Of a stretch of 64,000 bases of DNA, positions 9,099 to 18,404 are shown piece after piece. Both the position numbers and the translations under genes were made by a program. The stretch's first letter is position 1. Every line of letters starts with the position of its first letter. Under the pieces are notes generated by a model that saw nothing but the letters and a program-made list of their open reading frames with translations, was not told the origin of the DNA and made no database searches. Source of the DNA: an uncultured Coxiellaceae bacterium (GTDB lineage: Bacteria > Pseudomonadota > Gammaproteobacteria > DSM-16500); the NCBI GenBank assembly GCA_964492045.1, contig CAZBHW010000012.1, positions 14,431-78,430 on the forward strand. Reading direction: 5' to 3'.

Positions 9099-10295
9099 AT
9101 GAGCCAATCACGATCGTCATTCGCTGACTTTGCAGCGCAAAATAGTCCTTTTAGCCAGTTTGCAGTTGAAAATATTCTTAATGCCAATTCAAATAATGCA
9201 TATCATTCATTTTTATCCGCAAGTTCACAAGGCTTGCGTACCACAGCAACAACCACAGCCTACAGACAACCTTTTGCAGTGGCTAACGCGTTTCCATTGC
9301 AGTTACCCATTATTACTCCAAGCGCAGACGTCATATCATTCAAATTAAATCCGCCCGAACTAAGTTTACCGATATTTACTTCTGATCTACAGATAAATAA
9401 TAACTCATCGAATGCGTGTAACAACTTCATGGCAAAATCGCAAAACGAAAGCACGCTAAAGCAGCCGTCTTCTCTCTTGCAGGCAGCATCAAATACGGCT
9501 ATCAGGCAATTTGGATTACGAGCGCTTGATAGTGTCATCGAAGGTAGTCGAGGTTATCTCGGGACAAAAATTCGCTTAGCGGGTCTTGTAACCGATGTTT
9601 ATGATCGAACGCAGAGCGATGACTTATCAGATCTAGATCCAGCATCATTATTTGTAATCGCGTCATTAGCCGGCATCTCTAAATCAGTCACTGCAACGGT
9701 TGGTTACGGAACAGTTGTCACGGAAGGTGTTTTAATGGCTGGTGCCTCAGGCGGTGCAGGTCTAATACCGGCCACTATATTCGTCTCGGCAGCACTACCA
9801 GCGGTTGATACGCTAAGCAATATTGTGGGTGATTCAGTTGAATTAGCATGCTTGCAAATTGTTAAAATGTTGAAAAACTATGTTGATGCCACACATACAG
9901 TGCAGAGTCCTTCATCTATTCAGTCTTCAAATACAGAAGAACAAGAGAAACTATTCCGCATCACCTTAGACATCATCAAAAAATCCGATCCACGTGACCT
10001 ATCAGTTCGTGATTGCATAACGGTGACAAAGCGAGTAGAGGCCGTTAACTCTTTGAAAGCTACGGTTCAGAGTATGCAGCGCAATGGACTGAAAACAAGT
10101 GACGCAGAAGCTGGCGATCTTATGCACGAGATATCTGTCATTGAGAGCAAAATGAATAGTGTCGTACGTGAGTGCGTACTCAATCGCGACCACCGCAGTG
10201 GCGTTTCGAACAATCCATCAGCATTATTTTCGACAGCTAACACTCCACCAATGGCGGCAACAAATATCATCCCAAGTAACGTAATATTAAACTAA
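9099..10295 (+). CDS. hypothetical protein with a central Ala/Gly-rich hydrophobic hairpin; candidate secreted effector
   Basis: 398-aa ORF with no recognisable domain. It has a hydrophobic block FVIASLAGISKSV...LMAGASGGAGLIPATIFVSAALPAV and a polar Ser/Asn/Pro-rich C-terminus. Confidence 0.6.
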   Translation: MSQSRSSFADFAAQNSPFSQFAVENILNANSNNAYHSFLSASSQGLRTTATTTAYRQPFAVANAFPLQLPIITPSADVISFKLNPPELSLPIFTSDLQINNNSSNACNNFMAKSQNESTLKQPSSLLQAASNTAIRQFGLRALDSVIEGSRGYLGTKIRLAGLVTDVYDRTQSDDLSDLDPASLFVIASLAGISKSVTATVGYGTVVTEGVLMAGASGGAGLIPATIFVSAALPAVDTLSNIVGDSVELACLQIVKMLKNYVDATHTVQSPSSIQSSNTEEQEKLFRITLDIIKKSDPRDLSVRDCITVTKRVEAVNSLKATVQSMQRNGLKTSDAEAGDLMHEISVIESKMNSVVRECVLNRDHRSGVSNNPSALFSTANTPPMAATNIIPSNVILN

Positions 10296-10310
10296 TTAGA
10301 GATTCCTATC

Positions 10311-12965
10311 ATGCAAAGACAAGGCTTACAAAGTCCAGAAGAAGTATTCGCTTCACTCCCAACCACCGATGAATTCATGGCGTTGCGTCGCGATCTTAAT
10401 CAACCAACATCAATGGAGAGTAGACAAGATGCTGCTAGAGCATTCGAGCAGAGAATATCCGCTGCGCAACGTTCGTTCCAGTTGATAGGTATGGTTTCCG
10501 CGAATAGTACCACTATGCAGCGTGTTTCTGAGTTGGGGTTGGCAGCCACGCAAATGTATGCTGGATATGCGGAATTAATGACGCTTAATGCTGGTGTCAC
10601 CACCGCCGCTACGTCAGCAGCTCCACTTGCTGCAGCAAGCCCGTTGGTTGCCTTAGGTCCTGCGGCTTCAATTGCGATGGCGGCAGTTGTGATCTTTAAT
10701 GCTTTTTCGAAGAAAAAGAAAAACGATCAGTTTGGTGAAGCTGTTATGCGAAATCTTAGGGTTATTTCAGAGCAAGTACATTCCCTGCATGTTGATATGC
10801 GTGAACAATTTCAGCAAAACGCGAGAAACCAACAAATCATTTATACGGCGATACTTGAAGGTTTTCAAACAATGACCCAGTTAATTGATGCTCAGCGTCA
10901 TGAGAATCATCAGCTACATATGGGCACGCAAGAGCTTCTTACTAGACTAGAAGCTAGTGTCAATCGAAACTTCACCGTGCTTGCTGAATCGCAACGAGAA
11001 ATTTCACTTCAAAAAATTCGTGAAACATTTACAAAAGTAGATGGTTGGGTTTCAGAAACGCTGACGCAAAATCCACGTGAAAACATCGAAAAACTAGCTG
11101 GAAAATTAACGGCTTTAACCGGTCTTAATGGGGTTTTAGCGTCAAACACTTATACGGGCGCTAGATGGGTTCCAGATCAGATGAACAACGTCGACGCTTA
11201 TCGCGTTGTGAATGAAGTGTTTAAAGAATTAAATTACGAAACAGCAATTGATTATACGGGATTTCTATCAGTATATGCCCGCAAGCATCTTGGCTTACAG
11301 TCTGAGCAGGTTGACTTGACGGCTGTCTTTAGTCCAACGCTGTGGAATGAAGCAGTTGAAAAATATATACAACTTCGTGCAACTTTCTCAAGATATATAT
11401 CGGACACTGACAGTATCAATATCAATAAAATCATTCGAGCTGGTAATAATCAATTAGCTTTCAAACAACTATTGCAAACTACTCCGGCACTCTATCAGAC
11501 TCTATTTGCTCAATATAGAGCGATACTCGGGGCTATTAAAGTAGCCACTGATGCTGCTCTCGATGAAAGAAGTGCAGTGATCAATCAACAAATAGCCGCA
11601 AGATTTCCCGTTGCTCAATATCCAGCGATGGAGCGGATTAATATCGATATCAAAGAGGCTGCTTGGAAAAATGTAGCTGCATTTGAAAATAAAAAGCCTT
11701 CAAAAATTGTAGCTAAAGGAAATATGATTTCATTTCCACCTATGACAGGTTTGTGGGTAAAAGCTTGGTCGTGTGATCATAATGCTGATGTTGTCGCTAA
11801 TTTTAGCGGGTATTCCATACCAGGTATTTTTGTATTACTTGATCGCCTGGGTAAAGAGATCAGTATGAACTATGACGTCAAAATCCTCGCATGGGGCGGC
11901 GATGTTGATGCTTTTGCCGAGATAAATACCAATATCTTCATCAAAGACAAGCAAAGACATCTTAAGAAGTTAGCGGATGTCAAGTATTCATTAAAGCCTA
12001 TCGAACAACAGCTTCGTCTCGGAGGACAATATGGTAGCCATGTATTAGTTGATGGTCCCTCAACCTGGAATTTATATCGACATATGGAATGGCATAATGA
12101 AAATGTTCAATTCAGCATTAACTGGAGTGGATCGTATACCGTAAACAATGTGGTGGTCTGCAATTCAGGTCTTCATACCACTAAACTAATGGAAAACTAT
12201 TGGTCTAGAGATAAAGTTTGTTCTGTCACCGAGGCCGGTGACATTACCGAACTTAAGGGCAATGCTTCTATTGAATTTTCAGAATGGCTATACGAGGAGA
12301 GAAAGAAATCTATCTCTAACGCGATTTCGGGTATACAGCTGAGTCATTTGAAAGAGCAGCTCAATTCCATCAAGAAATTAATTATTGCGATGGCTTTTGT
12401 TGCAGGTTATAGAAATGAAGAAATCCTGCTGTTGCAGAATTCACTCCATGACTCGAATAGTATCAATAAATTATATAACGACTATTTAAATGGGATTGTC
12501 AGTATTCATCATGATCACATGCCACACTTAGAGCTATGTTTGAATGCTGAGGAAATTGAAAGACGTATGATTGAGCGCCAGTCAACAAACGAATATTTTC
12601 AAGATCATCCAGTTGAGCGGGAGATCAGAGTGGCGCTACAACGATTGAACCTATTGAGATTAATGCCACTTTTGTCTGAACCTATCCCTAATCCTGCAGT
12701 AGACAATAACAATGTAATCGCGGCGCAACTTGGAACACTATCTCAGGAAGTGCAAGAGCTAAAACAACTTAATATGGCTTTAATTAATATGTTGATACAG
12801 CTGCACAATCCCCCACAGCATGGCCATGCAAGAGAGAACTCTTCATATGCTCAATTCATCAATTTGTTTGGCGTTAGAAGCAATCATAGTAATGTGAATA
12901 ATTCAGGAAATAGTCATGAGACTAGGCCGTCAGGAAGCAGTCAACCTAATTCAAATAATTTATGA
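10311..12965 (+). CDS. large hypothetical protein, N-proximal hydrophobic hairpin plus predicted helical/coiled regions; candidate secreted effector
   Basis: 884-aa ORF starting 15 bp after the previous gene. It has a hydrophobic block AAPLAAASPLVALGPAASIAMAAVVIFNAF followed by KKKKN, and a Ser/Asn-rich C-terminal tail. No family recognised. Confidence 0.65.
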   Translation: MQRQGLQSPEEVFASLPTTDEFMALRRDLNQPTSMESRQDAARAFEQRISAAQRSFQLIGMVSANSTTMQRVSELGLAATQMYAGYAELMTLNAGVTTAATSAAPLAAASPLVALGPAASIAMAAVVIFNAFSKKKKNDQFGEAVMRNLRVISEQVHSLHVDMREQFQQNARNQQIIYTAILEGFQTMTQLIDAQRHENHQLHMGTQELLTRLEASVNRNFTVLAESQREISLQKIRETFTKVDGWVSETLTQNPRENIEKLAGKLTALTGLNGVLASNTYTGARWVPDQMNNVDAYRVVNEVFKELNYETAIDYTGFLSVYARKHLGLQSEQVDLTAVFSPTLWNEAVEKYIQLRATFSRYISDTDSININKIIRAGNNQLAFKQLLQTTPALYQTLFAQYRAILGAIKVATDAALDERSAVINQQIAARFPVAQYPAMERINIDIKEAAWKNVAAFENKKPSKIVAKGNMISFPPMTGLWVKAWSCDHNADVVANFSGYSIPGIFVLLDRLGKEISMNYDVKILAWGGDVDAFAEINTNIFIKDKQRHLKKLADVKYSLKPIEQQLRLGGQYGSHVLVDGPSTWNLYRHMEWHNENVQFSINWSGSYTVNNVVVCNSGLHTTKLMENYWSRDKVCSVTEAGDITELKGNASIEFSEWLYEERKKSISNAISGIQLSHLKEQLNSIKKLIIAMAFVAGYRNEEILLLQNSLHDSNSINKLYNDYLNGIVSIHHDHMPHLELCLNAEEIERRMIERQSTNEYFQDHPVEREIRVALQRLNLLRLMPLLSEPIPNPAVDNNNVIAAQLGTLSQEVQELKQLNMALINMLIQLHNPPQHGHARENSSYAQFINLFGVRSNHSNVNNSGNSHETRPSGSSQPNSNNL

Positions 12966-13152
12966 ATACAAAAGACTCTACAAAAGAAGACACATGTCTT
13001 GCCTTTGCTCTGTTTCGAGATAAATATAAGTTCGCAATAAAACTCAACCCTACAGACCGAAGAGGATATCGAATTTTGGTAACGTATGTTAATGCAAAAG
13101 TAAATACGACTGATCTAAACCCACAATAAGTAACTGATAGTTGGGAGTTGAT

Positions 13153-13404
13153 ATGATAGGCAGAGATATTCAATCAGAGCATGATGTTAAATTAAAACAG
13201 TTGAAATTATTGCGATCACAAGAACTACATCAAGAGGCTTCAATGTTGCCAGTGAAATATGCACTCAACGGCAGCATATTTGGTGCGCTGTGCGGGTACT
13301 ATCTTTCGCAAGGTTGTGGTCGATTTGCATTACGTGTCAGTGCGTTGGGAATATTTGCAGGTACTGCTATTGGGTTCTACGCAAAGACGAAAATTATCGA
13401 TTAA
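13153..13404 (+). CDS. small membrane protein (about 83 aa)
   Basis: The ATG at 13153 (MIGRD...) sits inside the 13141 TTG ORF. There are two hydrophobic stretches: IFGALCGYYL and VSALGIFAGTAIGFY. Confidence 0.35.
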   Translation: MIGRDIQSEHDVKLKQLKLLRSQELHQEASMLPVKYALNGSIFGALCGYYLSQGCGRFALRVSALGIFAGTAIGFYAKTKIID

Positions 13405-13603
13405 TCACACACAAAGAGATTTTAATTAGCCCCCTAATTGCTATTAGGGTGAAAACACCCCTGTTTGGCTCCGCCAAAAAAATGCTAAGTTCCTGTACTA
13501 TATATTGAACATAACATTACTTGGTGTATAATATATGGACATTAAGAGATTTATAAAAATACATTATAAAACAATTATATAATTGGAATTACGAGGTTTC
13601 ACC

Positions 13604-14332
13604 ATGCTGGGATCGGCAGTAGATCGTTTAATTTCTGACGAACTTTACATCCATCAATATCGAAATGGAGTGAAGTTAGTACGCCCTTATCAGATTGCAC
13701 CCTCTTCTATGCTGCTGCATGAATGGTATACCATCGGTCATGCTGCTACACTTTCTTTCAGCTTTTGTCTGTTGAATACTAACAGTGAAATTATTCGAAT
13801 GAACGCAGCTGGTGCTGAATTAAATGGCTATGTGTCGGAAAAGGATGTCATTGGTAAATCGTTGTTTGATATGTTCGAACGTAGCAATGCTCATGAATTG
13901 AGAAATCATGATATCGCAATACTGAATGCAAAAAAAACCAGCATAAGCGTCAATAAAACAACTCGTAAAGATGGTAAAGATTTTAATAATATTATTATTG
14001 ATGCGCCATGTTATGGCGACGATGATGAACTTATAGGAATATTAGGTTTTTCAGCTGAGATTGGCTCGCAATCGATTGTTCCGGCTTTTAATTATCTCTG
14101 TGATCTTGGTTTAATAAAATCAAGTAAACCGACTTCAATCGAAAATATTCAATTAACAAATCGAGAAAAAGAATGTCTTGATCAATTGATGTGTGGCAAA
14201 TCTTATAAGCAGATTGCTGATGATTTGTGTATATCTCCACGTACTGTTGAACATAGTATTGAACGTGTCAAAGCTAAAGTTGGCGTCAGAACAAAGTTTC
14301 AGTTGATTGATTTTATGCAGGCGTTTTATTAA
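13604..14332 (+). CDS. PAS-domain LuxR-family transcriptional regulator
   Basis: The C-terminal LuxR HTH reads LTNREKECLDQLMCGKSYKQIADDLCISPRTVEHSIERVKAKVG. A PAS-like segment precedes it (IIRMNAAGAELNGY...GKSLFD). The ATG at 13604 has a GAGG RBS, whereas the track start at 13583 is TTG. Confidence 0.8.
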   Translation: MLGSAVDRLISDELYIHQYRNGVKLVRPYQIAPSSMLLHEWYTIGHAATLSFSFCLLNTNSEIIRMNAAGAELNGYVSEKDVIGKSLFDMFERSNAHELRNHDIAILNAKKTSISVNKTTRKDGKDFNNIIIDAPCYGDDDELIGILGFSAEIGSQSIVPAFNYLCDLGLIKSSKPTSIENIQLTNREKECLDQLMCGKSYKQIADDLCISPRTVEHSIERVKAKVGVRTKFQLIDFMQAFY

Positions 14333-14439
14333 ATTCCCATTTAAATTATGTAGTTGAATTTGTGCAAATTGCTATAAATTATCATGGACTTACAAATGAT
14401 ATGTATTTGCTATAATTAATATATCTTTTGGGAGTGGTT

Positions 14440-16854
14440 ATGCATCGCATCGACGAGAGTGAAATCGAAAAGAATATGCAAGCTGCGGAAATTCAGTCTG
14501 TATCTATCGCTTTCGGTGCAAGCAAAGAAAGCATTTCTGTGATGGCGCTAGGTGATAGCCAAAAACAATATGGCGCCGCTTCATTAAGTAAACCCGTATT
14601 CACTTACCTTGTTCTTAAATTAATTAGCGACGGGATTATAAACCTTGATACACAACTAAATGCGGAAACAAAAAGCACCGAACAAGAAAATCCCATTCTA
14701 ACTTTTTCTCAATTTTGTCTGAAAAACGGCATTAATTTTATAGATTCAGAAGAAAATAATGGTCGAGTTAATCAATTTACCCCAGCTATGATTTTATCTC
14801 ATCAAACAGGATTACCTATTGGATATAATGATTCCCCTGACCCGAAATATGAGGGCAAACCCGCACCATTGAAATTTGATTTTGAACCCGGTGAAGGATA
14901 TGGATATTCAGGCTTGCATTTAATGTATCTCCAGCAGTGGATTGAAGAAAAAACAGGCAAAAAACTTGAAGAGCTCGCGCAAGAATATATTTTTGATAAA
15001 ACTAAAGCTGATATGCCTAACAGCACTTTTATTTCCTCTAAGGGGCAAAATGCTGCTAACAGTCTGCATACGACAGCAGAGGATTATGTTCGATTTTGCG
15101 TTTACTGGATGAAGGACCCAGATACGATTGTACAACGAGCTTTTACAATTCAGGTGATGTTAATAGATGATCCATGGGCAGTTCGTGAAAAAGTATCATC
15201 AGATACACTGTCACATCTTGCCTGGGGATATGGCTGGGGATTAGAAACAAATGATAAGGGAGACGTGATCGTTGCGTTTCATACGGGTGATATGAATGAA
15301 TGGAGATCAGGGGTTAAATTAGATTTGGTTGCGAAACAGGCCACGGTCTTATTCACGAAATCAACTCATGAAAACGGACATGTACTGCAAGAGCAGGTTT
15401 TCGGTCAATCTCATGCGCTTAATTACTTTTTTGATAAATTTAAATTCGCAAGAAGTCCTGAGGAACTGAGAAATGACTGGAGAGAAAAACGTAGCTTTGG
15501 CATTCGCAAAGGACCTGCTGCACCATCGCAAGCGAATGAAGGTCCGGGAGCTGTTCAGAAGCATGCTAATTCTGTATCTCATATGCAAGTAGGAAAAACT
15601 GTACCGCCTAAACCTTCACAATCAACGACTGCACTGCTTCATAAATCAATAGCATCAAATGCTTCCATGAATAACATTTCTGAATGGCAAATTAATTTAG
15701 TAAATCAGGTTATTCATGCTTTGAGAAATTATTATTGTTTACCAGATAAGTTTTCAGCCCATGAAAACGATTTTAAAAAGTCTTTGATCGAAGCCTTTGC
15801 TCAAATCAACAAGGGTCATAATAACAGTTCAAAACTACCATCTAGCAAAGAAGAGTATCAACCTTATCTTGATGCATTGAATATAGCTATGCAGAAATTC
15901 GACCCACATTTGGATATTGAATACGGAAAGGAATTTATTTCAGACAGAAAGAGATTAAATCAACTCTCGCAGAGTAGTAATAACAATGCTGCCAGATTTG
16001 ATTTCGGTGATGGACCACCACAGTCAGTTCTTTCTGAAATCAATGAATTTCGTGGTAGACCTACTAATAACTATGGGTTTATTAATACACCACGAGATAA
16101 TGTTGAGATACCTGATAATATTGGTTATATAAAAATTGATGTATTAATTGATCCTCAACTTGGAATTAAGGAGAAAGATAAGAATTTGAGAGTAGGCCCG
16201 AATGCAATGGCTGCTTTAGATAATGCGATGAAAAACCTAGTTGGTAAGGAAGCAATTATAATCGATCTCAGAGATGCACCCGAAGGTGGGTCGCCTGAAA
16301 TGGTTCAAAGTATAGTTAGCTACTTCATCGCTCAAAAGGGAATTGTTATCAATGAAATAGATGATCGTATGACTGGCACACGAACTCCATATACCGTGAA
16401 AGAGATGCCTCATCAACTATATAATGTGCCAGTACGCATCTTAACTGATCACACTACTTTTTCTGCTAGAGAAGAATTAGCTTATGATTTCCAGCAGCTA
16501 AATATTCAGTTGCAGAGAGATGGCCTGCAAATGGGTGATCGCTTTCAGATTATAGGTGGTGTAACTAAAGGAGGAGCTCATCCAGAGTGTGCTTTCCCAT
16601 TAGTAGATAGTCAGGGACAAATAAATAGCGATCTCATTTTACGAATCCCCTACGCATGTTCAATTAACCCAACATCGAAAACAAATTGGGAGGACCAGGA
16701 CAATAAGGGTGTTCAACCAGATACAGTAGTAGATAGTAGGGATGCCTTAAAAGTTGCTATTAGTAGTGTTCAGCTTAATGACAAATTAGAGGTGAAACCT
16801 ACAGAGGGTAAACGCACGCCAACCCCATTTGATATGGAATTGAAGCGAAAATGA
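14440..16854 (+). CDS. fusion protein: N-terminal beta-lactamase/PBP-fold serine hydrolase plus C-terminal S41 (tail-specific protease)-like domain
   Basis: The N-terminal part has SxxK (ASLSKPVF), YSG and HTGD motifs. The C-terminal part has IGYIKIDVL, IIIDLRDAPEGGSPE, TTFSAREELAYD and GGVTKGGAH, laid out like the S41 Ser/Lys dyad region. The ATG at 14440 follows a GGGAG. Confidence 0.7.
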   Translation: MHRIDESEIEKNMQAAEIQSVSIAFGASKESISVMALGDSQKQYGAASLSKPVFTYLVLKLISDGIINLDTQLNAETKSTEQENPILTFSQFCLKNGINFIDSEENNGRVNQFTPAMILSHQTGLPIGYNDSPDPKYEGKPAPLKFDFEPGEGYGYSGLHLMYLQQWIEEKTGKKLEELAQEYIFDKTKADMPNSTFISSKGQNAANSLHTTAEDYVRFCVYWMKDPDTIVQRAFTIQVMLIDDPWAVREKVSSDTLSHLAWGYGWGLETNDKGDVIVAFHTGDMNEWRSGVKLDLVAKQATVLFTKSTHENGHVLQEQVFGQSHALNYFFDKFKFARSPEELRNDWREKRSFGIRKGPAAPSQANEGPGAVQKHANSVSHMQVGKTVPPKPSQSTTALLHKSIASNASMNNISEWQINLVNQVIHALRNYYCLPDKFSAHENDFKKSLIEAFAQINKGHNNSSKLPSSKEEYQPYLDALNIAMQKFDPHLDIEYGKEFISDRKRLNQLSQSSNNNAARFDFGDGPPQSVLSEINEFRGRPTNNYGFINTPRDNVEIPDNIGYIKIDVLIDPQLGIKEKDKNLRVGPNAMAALDNAMKNLVGKEAIIIDLRDAPEGGSPEMVQSIVSYFIAQKGIVINEIDDRMTGTRTPYTVKEMPHQLYNVPVRILTDHTTFSAREELAYDFQQLNIQLQRDGLQMGDRFQIIGGVTKGGAHPECAFPLVDSQGQINSDLILRIPYACSINPTSKTNWEDQDNKGVQPDTVVDSRDALKVAISSVQLNDKLEVKPTEGKRTPTPFDMELKRK

Positions 16855-16897
16855 TTACTCAATTGGCTTGTCTTAATTAAACCTAGGAGCATTCAAT

Positions 16898-18202
16898 ATG
16901 ATCCAGTTATTAGATCGCATGGAGTGTATAATTCAGTTATCGGTAGCTGATGGTCAATTCATGGGTTCAGCTCTGGTTTACAAGAACGGAAATGTGCTCC
17001 TAGATAAAGGTTATGGGTATGCTAACGTCGAATGGCAAATACCAAATTCTTGTGATACGAAATTCAGGCTGGGTTCCATCACCAAACAATTCACAGCAGC
17101 TGCAATATTACTGCTTGAGGAGCGATCTAATTTAAAACTAGATGACTTATTGAGCAAGTATATGTCTGTTCCTACCGCCTGGAATGAAATCACAATATTC
17201 CATTTACTCACGCATACATCAGGTATCCCAAATTATACAGCTTTTCCTGATTTTAATGACTTTGCTGCTACAACAAAAAGTGTGACACCTAAACAGATGA
17301 TAGATTTATTTATCAACATACCCTTACATTTTAAACCTGGAACCAAATACGATTATTGCAATTCCGGCTATGTGATCCTTGGCTATCTGATCGAACAAAT
17401 TTTCGGGAAAAGCTATCAGGATTTTGTAGATGAAAATATATTTAAAAAACACGGTATGAATGATTCCGGCTATGACTCTAATACGCAAATAATACCACAT
17501 CGCGCTTCTGGCTATGAAAACACTCCAGACGGGATGAAAAATGCCGAATATTTAAATTGTTGCATCCCGTATTCTGCTGGTTCACTCTATTCAACCACAC
17601 ATGATCTACTTCAGTGGCAGCAAAAATTGTTCGGCGGTGAAGTTTTATCTGCTCAGTCATTACAAAAAATGATAACACCATTTAAAGACAATTACGGACT
17701 TGGTGTTTTCATAAAAGAGATCGATAGCCATCTGTTAATTGGCCATGGTGGTGGAATTAACGGGTTTCAAACTAATATGGTTTATTCGCCTTCTGAGGAT
17801 TTACTCGTTATCGTGCTTAGTAATTTAATTGCCATTGGATTTCCACCACAGAATATAGCTTTAAAATTAGCTAAGCTATCTCGTGGTGAGGATGTCCTTA
17901 TCCCATCTGAACGCAAGGAAATTACTGTCCCACTACAACTAATTGAAAAGTATGTTGGGGTTTACGAATTATCATCTTCAAAGAAGATTGCTCTTACAGT
18001 CGAGGACGGCCATTTGATTGCGTTGGTGACATATCAACCTAAAGTTCAACTGTTACCAGAGTCAGATACAAAATATTTCTCAAGAATTCCAGATATGCAA
18101 GTTGAGTTCATGCTGAATCCAAATGGTGAATGTGACAATCTCACATTGATCTTGGATGGCGAAAAACTGGAGGGGTGTAGGTCTATCGTCACAAATGCAT
18201 GA
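16898..18202 (+). CDS. class C beta-lactamase-family serine hydrolase
   Basis: 434 aa with SxxK (GSITKQFTAAAILLL), YCNSGY (YxN) and HGGGINGF (KTG-like). AGGAG RBS. Confidence 0.8.
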   Translation: MIQLLDRMECIIQLSVADGQFMGSALVYKNGNVLLDKGYGYANVEWQIPNSCDTKFRLGSITKQFTAAAILLLEERSNLKLDDLLSKYMSVPTAWNEITIFHLLTHTSGIPNYTAFPDFNDFAATTKSVTPKQMIDLFINIPLHFKPGTKYDYCNSGYVILGYLIEQIFGKSYQDFVDENIFKKHGMNDSGYDSNTQIIPHRASGYENTPDGMKNAEYLNCCIPYSAGSLYSTTHDLLQWQQKLFGGEVLSAQSLQKMITPFKDNYGLGVFIKEIDSHLLIGHGGGINGFQTNMVYSPSEDLLVIVLSNLIAIGFPPQNIALKLAKLSRGEDVLIPSERKEITVPLQLIEKYVGVYELSSSKKIALTVEDGHLIALVTYQPKVQLLPESDTKYFSRIPDMQVEFMLNPNGECDNLTLILDGEKLEGCRSIVTNA

Positions 18203-18404
18203 ATACATCCTATCTTTCATGAACCCGTTTACACCAACACTATTTGAGATCGAATTAAAACGGAAACGGATTCTGGGAAGCCTAGAATGATAAATGGCAG
18301 CACCTATTGATAGTAAACCATGAAATGGCTTGATTCGACTTTTAGCGTAGGGTAAATGGGGGCTGGTCGTACGTTCCGTATCTTAAACTAAAATTAGGCG
18401 CGTT

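Noticed and set aside
8806-9120. A 104-aa minus-strand ORF overlaps the NAT C-terminus.
   Set aside because: It is antisense to a gene with a clear catalytic triad. It is AT-rich and Ile/Phe/Tyr-biased, with no RBS.
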